A DNA stretch of 64,000 bases from Planctomycetota bacterium (lineage in GTDB: Bacteria > Planctomycetota > B15-G4), in the NCBI GenBank assembly GCA_038212275.1, contig JBBQUR010000021.1, positions 1 to 64,000 on the forward strand, in the 5' to 3' direction. Of the stretch, positions 51,112 through 60,944 are shown one piece after another. The position numbers were made by a program, and so were the translations under genes. How positions within the stretch are numbered: position 1 is the stretch's first letter; each line of letters starts with the position of its first letter. The notes under the pieces were generated by a model. The model was not told where the DNA came from and did not search any database. It was given only the letters and a program-made list of their open reading frames with translations.

Positions 51112-53286
51112 CTACAGCGCGCCGAAGGCCTTCAGTGCAAACGTGGACTGGCCGGCCGAGTCGAACACGACCGGCACGACGATCCATTGCCCCGCGGGCA
51201 GCTTGGGCATGTCGGGGATGGAGAGAAGGTATTGGCCGTTGGCCTGTGCGGTCGCCGGGAGCGCACCCAGGTAGACCGGTCCGGGCGCCGCGAAGTGGAT
51301 CTGCACCGAGGTGATGTCCGCCGCGCCGTCGGGGTCCGACACGGTGACGGTGATGTGGAAGGTCTCGCCGCCGTGAAGCGGCGTCGGCAGCACCGTGACG
51401 CCGACGATCTTGGGCGGCGCGTTGGCCACCTCGATGCGCCGGACGACCGCTGCCCAGTCGCGGCCGGTGTCGTGAGGCGGATCGCCCAGCGTGACGACGC
51501 CCGGGCCCCGCACCGTGCCGATGCTGCCGAGCTGGAGCGCGCCGCCATGCAGCGGATCGAGCCAGCGCACCTCGAAGCTGGAGGGCGCGCTGCCCACGTC
51601 GAGGCTCGGACTGCCACCCAGCGGAAGGTAGATCGCGTAGTTCTCACCCGGCTGAGCAAGGCACCACGCCGTCGTGGGGCCGCCGGTGACGGCCACGGCG
51701 GAAGCCAGCGCGTCGGCGGGCTGCAGGTCGGGCAGCGGGAGCTGCTGCTCGAAGAACTCGCGCGCGATGCGCGACTGGTCCCACATCGCGGCGCGCGCCC
51801 GGAAATCCTCGCAGTCGACGTCGTCGTTCGGAAAGGCGTAACCGAAGTACCACTCGCAACCCGCGCCGCCCGCCATGAGGTTGCCCCACAGCGCTTGGCG
51901 CCGCACGTTGTCGTGCGAGGGGTCGTTGACGTCGGGCATGACGCCCGCGTTCGGCGGTCCGATCTCGTCCACGGTCACGGCCCACCGCTTGCCGCCGGCC
52001 TGCGACGCGGACAGCCAGGTGGCCGTCTCGGCGTGCGAGGTCTGCACGTCCAGGATCTGCAGCGAGGCGCCCTCCAGCGCACCGGCCGCGATGAGCGGCA
52101 TGTACACACCGGTCTTGGCTGTCGGGAAGGTGTGCACGACGATCGGATGGTCGTACGGGTCAAGTGCCTGGATGCGATCCTTGAAGGCCAGCAGCTGGGC
52201 GCTGGTGTTGGTGTTCTCCTCGCCGAGGTTCCACTGGAGCGCGGGATGGTGCGCGAAGCGCGCCACGAGCTCGCGGTAATAGAGCTTGCGCTGCGTGTCC
52301 AGGGCGCCGCCGTCCAGCGCGAGCGGCCCCGTGTCGTTCTCGGTCTCCTGCGTGACGACGTGCAGCATGATCCCGCGATGGTCCATGTGCTCGAACACGC
52401 GGTTCCACTGCTCGAGCTTGCTCACGTCGAAGCGCAGCCGCTCGCTGGATGAGGTCCACGGCCAGACATCCTTGCCGTCGCCACCGACGTTGAAGGTCAG
52501 GAAGTAGGCGCTGTTGACGCCGCGGCTCGCGAGGTAGTTCAGCGCGCCGACGAGACCTTTGCCCTTGCCGCCGGCCCACGTCGGATCACCAGCCGTCCAG
52601 TCCGCGACGTGCGCGGCGTAGGCATGCGTGGGCGTCGTGCCGTCGAAATCCTTGAAGGCGAGCAGATTCTCGGGGCTGTTCGTGCCCGTCTTCACGAAGG
52701 GCCGGCCGCTGCCTGCAAAGCGGAGGTAGCGCCCGCCGTCCCAGACGAGCAGGCCATCCTTGTGAAAGCCCGCGGCGTTCGTGGGCATCGGGGCGATGGT
52801 GAAGGAGCCGCTGGCGCCGTTGAAGGCCGTGGGCGTACCCGCCGCAAGATCCAGGCTGGTGGCGATGCCAGGCCCGGCGCGGAAGATCGCCTTGTAGGTC
52901 CACTTGCCGGCCACGTTGGGCAAAAGGTGCGCGCGCCACACGCCGCCCGAACTCGCTCCCGTGTCTGCCGACAGGCCGTCGGCCGCGTAGTAGCCGGGTA
53001 CGACGAACTGCATGCCGCTGACCGGGTGGCGGAAGGTCACGTCGAGCCGCAGATCGAGGAAGGGATTCGTCGCGGCCTGCTCGTCGGTCGACGCGGCGAC
53101 GAAGTCGACGACGGCGTCGCCCCAGACGACGAGCGAACCGCGCACGGTGCCGAGTGCAGCGGACTGCGGCGCGAGCGCCGCCGTCGACACGGACAATGCA
53201 CAGAGCAAGGCGCCGACGAGCGACGCAACGAAGGCACGCTGCGGCCGCGGCCGCACGGCGGGGCTTCCGCCGGAGAGGCTGGACAT
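51112..53286 (-). CDS. DUF5060-domain secreted protein (putative glycoside-hydrolase-like TIM barrel, C-terminal beta domain and Ig-like domain)
   Basis: NPF.D.RL.V.F.HP, VPGYYAADG, G.W.Y, FDVSKL.QW, WNLGEE, LWGNLMAGGAG.EWYFG, RW.DP..GG, DW. Confidence 0.8.
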   Translation of the reverse strand: MSSLSGGSPAVRPRPQRAFVASLVGALLCALSVSTAALAPQSAALGTVRGSLVVWGDAVVDFVAASTDEQAATNPFLDLRLDVTFRHPVSGMQFVVPGYYAADGLSADTGASSGGVWRAHLLPNVAGKWTYKAIFRAGPGIATSLDLAAGTPTAFNGASGSFTIAPMPTNAAGFHKDGLLVWDGGRYLRFAGSGRPFVKTGTNSPENLLAFKDFDGTTPTHAYAAHVADWTAGDPTWAGGKGKGLVGALNYLASRGVNSAYFLTFNVGGDGKDVWPWTSSSERLRFDVSKLEQWNRVFEHMDHRGIMLHVVTQETENDTGPLALDGGALDTQRKLYYRELVARFAHHPALQWNLGEENTNTSAQLLAFKDRIQALDPYDHPIVVHTFPTAKTGVYMPLIAAGALEGASLQILDVQTSHAETATWLSASQAGGKRWAVTVDEIGPPNAGVMPDVNDPSHDNVRRQALWGNLMAGGAGCEWYFGYAFPNDDVDCEDFRARAAMWDQSRIAREFFEQQLPLPDLQPADALASAVAVTGGPTTAWCLAQPGENYAIYLPLGGSPSLDVGSAPSSFEVRWLDPLHGGALQLGSIGTVRGPGVVTLGDPPHDTGRDWAAVVRRIEVANAPPKIVGVTVLPTPLHGGETFHITVTVSDPDGAADITSVQIHFAAPGPVYLGALPATAQANGQYLLSIPDMPKLPAGQWIVVPVVFDSAGQSTFALKAFGAL

Positions 53287-53544
53287 GGGATCGGGGCTCG
53301 GGAGGAGGATTCGGGGCGAGGCACTGCACGGGCAGATGCAATCCCCGAGCGTGGCCGCGTCTTCGGGAGGTGACGCGACGGCTCCGGAGCTCGCACCGCG
53401 CCGACCGGATCTTGATTCAGCGCGCGGGGAGGATACGGAAAGGTTGGCGAAGTGTCAGCAGTCTGCACCCCGGACACCGGCGGGATGCGGCGTGCGTCAC
53501 CGGCACCTCAGACCGGGCGCTCACGCTCCCGCGACGCAGCGCGG

Positions 53545-55320
53545 TCAGGCCACGACGAATTGGCGCTGGACCAGGCGCCGATAGAGCCCTTCCTGCCCGG
53601 CCAGCGTCTCGTGTGTCCCGGTTTGCACGACGCGACCGGCCTCCAGCACGATCACGCGGTCCGCATCGCGCACGGTGGAGAGCCGGTGCGCGATGACAAG
53701 GCTGGTGCGGTGCTCCATGAGCCGGTCCAGGGCCTCCTTCACCAGCGCCTCGCTCTCGGCGTCCAGCGCGGAGGTCGCCTCGTCCAGGATCAGGATCTTC
53801 GGGTCCTTGAGCAGGGCGCGGGCGATGGCGACGCGCTGCTTCTGCCCGCCGGAGAGTTGCACGCCGCGCTCGCCCACCGGCGTGGCATAGCCCTGCGGCA
53901 GCGCCGTGATGAAGTCGTGCGCGTTGGCGGCGCGCGCGGCGGCCTCCACGTCGGCGTCGCTCGCGCCGTCGCGCCCGTAGCGGATGTTCTCCGCGATGCT
54001 CGTGCTGAAGAGGATCGGCTCCTGCGCCACGCTGCCGATGTGCGCGCGCAACCACGACGGGTCCAGCGTGCGGATGTCCACGCCGTCGAGCAGCACCGCG
54101 CCGGACTCGCAGTCGTAGAAGCGCGGGATGAGCGCGGCGATGGTGGACTTGCCCGCACCCGACGAACCCACCAGGGCCACGACCTCGCCCGGCTCCACCA
54201 CCAGGCTCACGTGGTCGAGCGCCGGCACGTCGGGCCGCGTGGGGTAGCGGAAGCTCACGTCGCGCAGCTCGATGCGGCCGCTCACGTGCGGCAGGCGCGC
54301 CCCGCCGGTGACCGGCATCGCGGGTTGCCGGTCGAGCAGTTCGAACACGCGGGCGGATGAGCCGCGCGCCTTCATGAGTTCGGCCCAGAGCTCACCCATG
54401 CCGCCCATCGCGAAGCCCACCGTCGCGCCGTACATGATGAACTGGAGCAGCTCGCCGCTCGTGAGCTGCCCCTCCATGGATTGCTTCAGGCCGAGCCACA
54501 GCACCGCGCCCAGCGCGGCGAAGCTCGCGAAGTACGAGACGCCCACGAAGACCGCGATGCCCTTCATGCGCAGGCGCGAGAGTTCGAAACTCCTCCAGAC
54601 GGCGGCGCCGTAGCGCTCGCCTTCGGCCGCCTCGCGCGTGAACGAGCGCACCGTGCGCAGGCCGCCGATGGTCTCCTCCGCCACCGCGCCCGAGGCCGCC
54701 AGCGCATCCTGCGACTGCCGGCTGATGCGCTCGATGCGCTTGCCCACCCAGACGGCTCCGATCGCGATGGGAGGCACCAGCGCCAGCATGAGCAGCGCAA
54801 GCTGCGGCGAGGTGAGGTACATGAGCGCCAGCCCGCCGAGCATCAACACCAGGTTGCGCAGCGCCATGGAGGCGTTGACCGTGACGGTGGTCTGCAGCAC
54901 CGTCGTGTCCGACGCGAGCCGGCTCATGAGTTCGCCCGTACGGCGCTCGTCGAAGAAGGCGACCTCCTGCTGCAGGACGCGCGCGTACAGCGTCTTGCGC
55001 AGCCGGGCGACGATGCGCTCGCCGGCCACGGTGAACAGATACATGCGCAGCCCGATGGACAGCGCCTGCACGCCCACGATCGCGACCATGGCCTGCACGT
55101 CGCGCGTGAGCACGCCCATGTCGCCCAGTTTCTGGTCGTCGATGATGATGCGGAAGGCCTGCGGATAGGCCAGGCCCGCCGCGCTGCCGAGCACCAGGAA
55201 CACGGTGCCCACGCCGATGAGCCGGCGCTCCTGGCGCGCCAGTTCCCACAGGCGGCGGACCGGCAGTGAACGCAGGGAGCGCACCCCTCCCGCCTCGCCA
55301 CCCAGCGCCTCGTCGTCCAT
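53545..55320 (-). CDS. ABC exporter, fused permease/ATPase (ABCB/MsbA-like)
   Basis: 6 TM; GSSGAGKST, LSGGQKQR, ILDEATSALD, IAHRLST. Confidence 0.95.
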   Translation of the reverse strand: MDDEALGGEAGGVRSLRSLPVRRLWELARQERRLIGVGTVFLVLGSAAGLAYPQAFRIIIDDQKLGDMGVLTRDVQAMVAIVGVQALSIGLRMYLFTVAGERIVARLRKTLYARVLQQEVAFFDERRTGELMSRLASDTTVLQTTVTVNASMALRNLVLMLGGLALMYLTSPQLALLMLALVPPIAIGAVWVGKRIERISRQSQDALAASGAVAEETIGGLRTVRSFTREAAEGERYGAAVWRSFELSRLRMKGIAVFVGVSYFASFAALGAVLWLGLKQSMEGQLTSGELLQFIMYGATVGFAMGGMGELWAELMKARGSSARVFELLDRQPAMPVTGGARLPHVSGRIELRDVSFRYPTRPDVPALDHVSLVVEPGEVVALVGSSGAGKSTIAALIPRFYDCESGAVLLDGVDIRTLDPSWLRAHIGSVAQEPILFSTSIAENIRYGRDGASDADVEAAARAANAHDFITALPQGYATPVGERGVQLSGGQKQRVAIARALLKDPKILILDEATSALDAESEALVKEALDRLMEHRTSLVIAHRLSTVRDADRVIVLEAGRVVQTGTHETLAGQEGLYRRLVQRQFVVA

Positions 55321-55409
55321 CGGAGCATCGTGCCGCATCGGGTCGACGGGGACCAGCATTCGGCTTCGTGGGGGAAACCGCCGCGTCGCTGGCTTAGTCT
55401 CTGGCCCGC

Positions 55410-57371
55410 ATGCACCTCCACCCGCTCGACTGGATCGTCATCGCGTTGTCCATCGCGCTGACTTTCTGGATCGGCGCGAGGTTCACGCGCCGAGCCGGCG
55501 AGTCCGTGGACGAGTACTTCCTCTCCGGGCGCACGCTGCCGTGGTGGCTGGCGGGCACGTCCATGGTGGCGACGTCCTTTGCGGCGGACACGCCGCTGCT
55601 CATCTCCGGCTGGGTGCGCGACGGCGGCCTGTGGCGCAACTGGGCATGGTGGTGCTTCGCGCTCTCGGGGCTGGCCTCCGTCTTCCTCTTCGCGCGCTGG
55701 TGGCGGCGCGGCGGCGTCATGACCAAGGCCGAACTGGTCGAACTGCGCTACGGCGGCGCGTCGGCACGCGTGCTGCGCGGCACGCTGGGCGTGCTGCACG
55801 CCGCGTGGACCAACACGATCATCCTGTGCTGGGTGCTGCTCGCCGCGGTGAAGATCATGGACGTGCTCTTCGGCGTGGAAAAGTTCTGGGCGCTGGTCAT
55901 CTCGTGCAGCGTGGCGGTGATCTACTCCACCATGTCGGGCCTGTGGGGCGTCGTCGTCACCGACATCTTCCAGTTCCTGCTCGCGCTGGGTGGCGCCATC
56001 GCGCTGGCCGCCATCACCTGGGCAGCCGCAGGCGGAACCGCCGGCGTGCTCGCGGCCGACGCGCACGGCGGCGTCTTCGGGCCGGACACGCTGCACTTCT
56101 TTCCCACCCCGGGCCCGGGCGGCTGGCTGGACCCTGCCTTCTGGACGCTGCCGCTCGTGACCCTCGCCGTCTACCTCGGCGTGTCGTGGTGGGCCGTGGA
56201 GAACGTGGACGGCGCCAGCGCCGCCGTGCAGCGCATCTGCGCCAGCAAGGACGAGCGCAACGGCCTGCTGGCCACGCTCTGGTTCAACGTGGCGCATTAC
56301 GCGCTGCGCCCCTGGCCGTGGATCATGGTCGGCATCGCGTCGCTCATCCTGCTGCCGGCGATCGAGGTCCGCGCGCCGGTGGCCGGCACGGTGCGCTCGG
56401 TGAGCGCGGATGAGATCGTGCTGCAGCCCGCGGACGGTGGCGCCGAGGTCCGCGTGCCGCTGCACGCGGGCGAGGACCTGCGCGACTGGCGCGCGCAGCC
56501 GGACAAGGCCCTGAAGGTCGGGACCAGCGTCGTGGCCGCCGAGCAGCTCATCGCCCGCACCGACCCCGAAGGCGCCTACGTGGTGATGATGGCGCGCTAC
56601 CTGCCGATCGGCCTGCTCGGTCTGGTCGTCGCGTCGCTGCTCGCTGCCTTCATGTCCACCGTGGACACGCACATCAACCTCGCGGCCTCGTTCTTCGTGA
56701 ACGACGTGTACCGGCGCTTCCTGAAGCCCGACGAGAACGCGCGGCACTACGTGCTGGTGGCGCGCATCGCGAGCGTCGCGGTGATGCTGCTCGCCGCGCT
56801 CTTCACGTGGGAAGCGGAGTCCATCCGCGACCTGTTCATGTTCTTCCTCGCCTTCCTGTCGGGCGTGGGGCCGGTGTATGTGCTGCGCTGGCTGTGGTGG
56901 CGCGTGCGCGCCTCGACGGAGATGACCGCCATGATTTCCAGCGCGGTGGCGACGATCACGCTCAGCGTCTGGACGCCGGTCTGGCACCTGGGGCAGCTCT
57001 CGCCCAGGGGCGAACTCTCCAGCGAGGGGAGACTGGTGCTCGTCGTGAGCTTCTCCATGCTGTGCTCGATGCTGTCGCTGCTGGTCACGGCGGCGCCCGA
57101 CCCGGCGACGCTGCTGCCGTTCTTCCGGCGCGTGAGACCCATGGGCGCCTGGGGCCCCGTGGCGGCGCTCGCACCCGATGTGGTGCGTCCGGGCGAACTC
57201 GGGGCGGTCACGACGGGCGTGCTCGGCGGCCTCGCGACCACGCTGGGGCTCATGTTCGGCATCGGCTTCGCGCTGCTGGACCGCACGGGGCAGGCCGTGG
57301 TCGCCTTCGCGGTGGCCGCAGCCGGCATGACGGCGGTGGCCGTCGCACTGCGCCGCCTGCCCCGGGGCTGA
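55410..57371 (+). CDS. Sodium:solute symporter (SSS) with a ~68-aa soluble insertion
   Basis: EYFLSGR.LPWW..G.S.VATSF, GLWGVV.TD..Q, QR, AAFMST.DT..N. Confidence 0.92.
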   Translation: MHLHPLDWIVIALSIALTFWIGARFTRRAGESVDEYFLSGRTLPWWLAGTSMVATSFAADTPLLISGWVRDGGLWRNWAWWCFALSGLASVFLFARWWRRGGVMTKAELVELRYGGASARVLRGTLGVLHAAWTNTIILCWVLLAAVKIMDVLFGVEKFWALVISCSVAVIYSTMSGLWGVVVTDIFQFLLALGGAIALAAITWAAAGGTAGVLAADAHGGVFGPDTLHFFPTPGPGGWLDPAFWTLPLVTLAVYLGVSWWAVENVDGASAAVQRICASKDERNGLLATLWFNVAHYALRPWPWIMVGIASLILLPAIEVRAPVAGTVRSVSADEIVLQPADGGAEVRVPLHAGEDLRDWRAQPDKALKVGTSVVAAEQLIARTDPEGAYVVMMARYLPIGLLGLVVASLLAAFMSTVDTHINLAASFFVNDVYRRFLKPDENARHYVLVARIASVAVMLLAALFTWEAESIRDLFMFFLAFLSGVGPVYVLRWLWWRVRASTEMTAMISSAVATITLSVWTPVWHLGQLSPRGELSSEGRLVLVVSFSMLCSMLSLLVTAAPDPATLLPFFRRVRPMGAWGPVAALAPDVVRPGELGAVTTGVLGGLATTLGLMFGIGFALLDRTGQAVVAFAVAAAGMTAVAVALRRLPRG

Positions 57372-57421
57372 GGGCCGGCTCGCGGCGCGGACGCTCCGGA
57401 CGGCACGCCCGTCGAGTCGCC

Positions 57422-57451
57422 TCAAGTCCGCCCCTGGCCCCCTGCCGAAAG
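57422..57451 (+). promoter_or_regulatory. Possible sigma28-like promoter TCAAG-N17-GCCGAAAG upstream of the minor-pilin operon
   Basis: Motif similarity to the sites at 12794 and 13547. Confidence 0.3.
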
Positions 57452-57527
57452 ACGCTGCGCAGGTGACGACGGCGCAGCCCGGCGGCGCCGCTCCTCCGAC
57501 CCGCGGACACTCACCCCGGATTCCGCC

Positions 57528-58865
57528 ATGCAGCCTTGCCATTCCCGTCGACCGCGTCGCGCGGCGGCTCCCGTGCGCGACGTCGCGCGCCCGGCGCGCC
57601 CGTGCGGCGCGGTGCGCGGTTTCTCGCTCATCGAGCTGCTCATCGCCACCTCGATCGGCGCGGGACTCATGGTCAGTCTCGCCGCGATGGCGCACCTCTG
57701 CACGGCGCAGGTGGCCGAGGCCGAGGGCGGCGACCTGCGCATGGAGCAGGCCGTTGCCACGCTGTCGCAGGGCGTGCGCACGGCGTGGGCAGTGTCCGGA
57801 CCGTCCGCAGATCAGCTGCAGCTTCACGACCCCTTCGGCCGCGTGACCGAGTACTTCGTCGAGGACCACGCGCTGAAAGTGCTGCGCCCGTCGGGTGCGG
57901 AAGGCACGCTGCTGCCGGACGTGGCGTCGGTGAGCTTCGATCTGCGCACGACGGCGCGCCTGCGCGAGTCCACGCCGCAGACTGCCGTGCAGACCTTCTG
58001 GACGTCGCCCGCGAACACGGGCACCGCCAGCATGCTCACGCTCACGAGCGGCCAATCCCTCGCCCTCGGCTTCATCATGCCCGTGGCGGCGCAGTCCTCC
58101 TTCAACCATGTCGGAGGCGTCACCGAACAGGTGAGATCCACGACGCCGACGCGGCTGCTGCTGCCCGTCGCCTGGCTGGATGCGTCCAACAAGTCCTTCT
58201 GTCACCTGCACGCGAAGCAGCCGCACAGCCCGAACCACTCCTCGGGCGCAGGCACGCTGAGCATCGAGTTGTACGAGGCGCGGGTTCCGGGCGATGCGCG
58301 CCCGCTCGGCTCGCGACTCGGCACGGTGACGGTCACGACGGGCACGTTGCCGACGTGCGCCTACCAGTGGTGGGACACGAAGACCAACCAGGCAGCCAGC
58401 CCGCCGGCGGGCGTGGCCTGGGGCTGGTGGGACGGGCATCCGGAGGTCGTGCTCAAGGTGAACACCGCACCGTCGCAGGCGGCGATCAGCATCGCGGGCC
58501 TGTCGGCCACGCTGCTGCCGGGCCGCGCCTACACGCTGGTGCTCACGCTCAACGGCTGGGACGAGATCAGCGTGCAGACACGGCCGCTCTCGAGCAGCAG
58601 GCTCTCCGGCGTCGCACTCAAGACCAGTTCGGGGGCGAGCTGGTCCCCGCAGGCGACGACCGTCACGTGCAGCCTCGAAGGCAACCAGACGATCACCCAG
58701 ACCACGGCGACTGCGGTGGTCACCGGCGTGACCATGAACGTCCAGATGCAGGACGGCCGCAGCGCCACCGGCGCGGCCAATGTCGCGGGCCAGCTTGCCG
58801 TGGACGATCCGTGGCTCGGCGCGCTGCCCGGCGAACTGCCCATGCTGACACTGGCCGGGTCATGA
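57528..58865 (+). CDS. Prepilin-type protein (PilW/GspJ-like, large)
   Basis: RG|FSLIELLIA class III signal. Confidence 0.8.
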   Translation: MQPCHSRRPRRAAAPVRDVARPARPCGAVRGFSLIELLIATSIGAGLMVSLAAMAHLCTAQVAEAEGGDLRMEQAVATLSQGVRTAWAVSGPSADQLQLHDPFGRVTEYFVEDHALKVLRPSGAEGTLLPDVASVSFDLRTTARLRESTPQTAVQTFWTSPANTGTASMLTLTSGQSLALGFIMPVAAQSSFNHVGGVTEQVRSTTPTRLLLPVAWLDASNKSFCHLHAKQPHSPNHSSGAGTLSIELYEARVPGDARPLGSRLGTVTVTTGTLPTCAYQWWDTKTNQAASPPAGVAWGWWDGHPEVVLKVNTAPSQAAISIAGLSATLLPGRAYTLVLTLNGWDEISVQTRPLSSSRLSGVALKTSSGASWSPQATTVTCSLEGNQTITQTTATAVVTGVTMNVQMQDGRSATGAANVAGQLAVDDPWLGALPGELPMLTLAGS

Positions 58866-59350
58866 CCCGCAGCACGCGTGGCTTCACGCTGGCGGAGGTG
58901 CTCATCGCGGGCACCATCATGGCCGTGGCGCTCGTGGCCGTGACGACCTCGATGTCCGCCGCCACGAGCAGCAAGGCCGAGCTGGCCGACCAGCCGATGC
59001 TCGCCGCGCGCCTCGCGCAGGACATCGCGGTGCTGGCCGAGACGCTGCCCCGGACGCCGAGCGGCAGTTCCGGCGTGACGAGCGGCAGCGCCGTCGTCGC
59101 TCTCAACTCGCTGGACGGCGCCGTCTTTTCGCCCCCCATCCGCGCCGACGGAAGCAGCGACAGCACGCTGACCGGCTGGCAACAGTCCGTGAACGTGGAG
59201 ATCTTCACCTTGGACAACCTCGACACCCCCACCAACGAGAGCGTCATGACGGCGCTCTCCACGCACGCTGCGCGCCTCTACCGGCTCTCGGTCAGCATCC
59301 GCCACGACGGGCAGGTCATCGAGACCTTTCGCTCCTGGTGCCGGCCATGA
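58862..59350 (+). CDS. Prepilin-type protein (PilV/GspI-like)
   Basis: RG|FTLAEVLIA; ATGA overlap. Confidence 0.82.
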   Translation: MTRSTRGFTLAEVLIAGTIMAVALVAVTTSMSAATSSKAELADQPMLAARLAQDIAVLAETLPRTPSGSSGVTSGSAVVALNSLDGAVFSPPIRADGSSDSTLTGWQQSVNVEIFTLDNLDTPTNESVMTALSTHAARLYRLSVSIRHDGQVIETFRSWCRP

Positions 59351-60384
59351 ACAGCCGCATGCCCGCTGCGACGCGCGCGCACTCCGGCTACGCACTGCTC
59401 GTCGTGCTCTTCTTCGTGGGCCTCATCGGCATGCTGAGCGCGGGTTATCTGCGGCATGCGATGACCGAGAACCGGCACTCCACGGCCAGTGTTTCCGCGC
59501 AGGATGCCGCTCACGCGGTGGACGCGGCGCTCGCCTGGGGTCAGCAGTCCGTGCTCACCGACGCCGACGCCACCACGGCCAACCTCGGCAACGGCCGCAC
59601 CACAGCCTTCGTGCAGACCGAGGACCTCGGCAACAACCATCGCCGACTGCTCGCCACGGCCCTCGACAGCGATGGTCTGGGAACGACGGTGCTGGCCGAG
59701 GGCGAGTTGATGCCGCTGGCCCTCGCCGACACGCCGGACGACCTGCCGCAACTCGACCCGGAGGTCTCCGACGCGCTCGTCCCGGGCAACACGTCGAACT
59801 CGCACTGCGGGAGCCACGGCAACCACGGCAGCAGCTCCGCGGTCGCCACCACCTACTACTCGGGCACGCAGAGCGTGTCGGACCGGGACCTGACCGGCCT
59901 GGTCGTCATCCGCAACAGCGCGCGCATTACCTTCAGCAACGTGACGATCGCGGGCTGCATCGTCTCGGAGCGGGCTCTGGGCGACGTCACGCTGGGCGCC
60001 TTTCAAGTGAGCACCGCACCGACGGTCATCATCGACGGCGGACTGCGCGTCAGCGGCGGCAGCTTCCTGCCCGGCATCGCGGTGCTCATGCCGGACGGCG
60101 TGCTGAAGTGCTCCACCGGCGCATGCAGCGTGCAGCTCATGGGCGACGTGGTGACACACACGCTGACCCTCACCGGCGCGGGCGGCATCCTCGGCAACAT
60201 CGCGTGCGTGCAGAGCCCCTCCATCGCGACGACCATCGGCCTGCCCGGGGCCGGACGCGCACCTCGGGCCTGGGCCGCGGGCCTGCAGCTCGGCGATGCC
60301 AACGCCTTCCGCTACCTGGCCTTCCTGCCGCGCACGAGCACGGTGGACGGCCTGTCCTCCATCACGAGCTACCAGTTCCCGTGA
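59347..60384 (+). CDS. PilX/GspK-like pilin-family protein
   Basis: SG|YALLVVL lacking Glu5; A.DAALAW motif; ATGA overlap. Confidence 0.75.
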   Translation: MNSRMPAATRAHSGYALLVVLFFVGLIGMLSAGYLRHAMTENRHSTASVSAQDAAHAVDAALAWGQQSVLTDADATTANLGNGRTTAFVQTEDLGNNHRRLLATALDSDGLGTTVLAEGELMPLALADTPDDLPQLDPEVSDALVPGNTSNSHCGSHGNHGSSSAVATTYYSGTQSVSDRDLTGLVVIRNSARITFSNVTIAGCIVSERALGDVTLGAFQVSTAPTVIIDGGLRVSGGSFLPGIAVLMPDGVLKCSTGACSVQLMGDVVTHTLTLTGAGGILGNIACVQSPSIATTIGLPGAGRAPRAWAAGLQLGDANAFRYLAFLPRTSTVDGLSSITSYQFP

Positions 60385-60899
60385 ACACGCCGCACGCCTC
60401 GCCGACGATCGCCGCGCGGCCGGTCCGCCGCGCCGTCCGCGGCACCACCATGCTGGAGCTGCTCGTCATCGTCGGCATCATCGGCCTCATGGCGGGCATG
60501 CTGACCGTGACCAGCACGCAGAACGAGACGATCGCGCTCGATCAGGCCGCGGTGCTGCTCCAGGACGCCTGCACGCGTGCGCAGGGTCTGGCGCGTTCGG
60601 GGCGCGCTCCGGTCGGCGTGGTGTTCGACGTGCAGGGCAATCGCTTCGCCATCGTCACCGAGGACGGCACGCCGGCCCGCGACCCGCTGACGCGCACCGA
60701 CGCCATCGTGAACCTCTCGGGTCCGAACAAGGCCGAACGCGTCACGCTCGAGGAAGCCGACTTCGGCGCCGCAGGGGCGGCCGCGCTCTTCGATGCCCAG
60801 GGCGTCCCGATCACCGGCGGCTCGCTGAGGATCAGCCGCGGCGGACGGACACGCACCCTGAGCCTGGACGCCGCCACGGGCGAACTGATCGAGAGCTGA
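60381..60899 (+). CDS. FimT/GspH-like pilin-family protein
   Basis: RG|TTMLELLVIV; AQ..A; FD.QG.P; C-terminal TG; GTGA overlap. Confidence 0.8.
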   Translation: MNTPHASPTIAARPVRRAVRGTTMLELLVIVGIIGLMAGMLTVTSTQNETIALDQAAVLLQDACTRAQGLARSGRAPVGVVFDVQGNRFAIVTEDGTPARDPLTRTDAIVNLSGPNKAERVTLEEADFGAAGAAALFDAQGVPITGGSLRISRGGRTRTLSLDAATGELIES

Positions 60900-60944
60900 A
60901 CGCGTGTGGCCGGCGGGCATCGCTGCCCACGCGACCGCGGCGAC

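Noticed and set aside
54924..58439. 1171-aa minus-strand ORF and other long antisense ORFs (e.g. 948..3230, 38242..41052, 61863..63977)
   Set aside because: These are antisense shadows of well-supported genes and carry no recognisable motifs.
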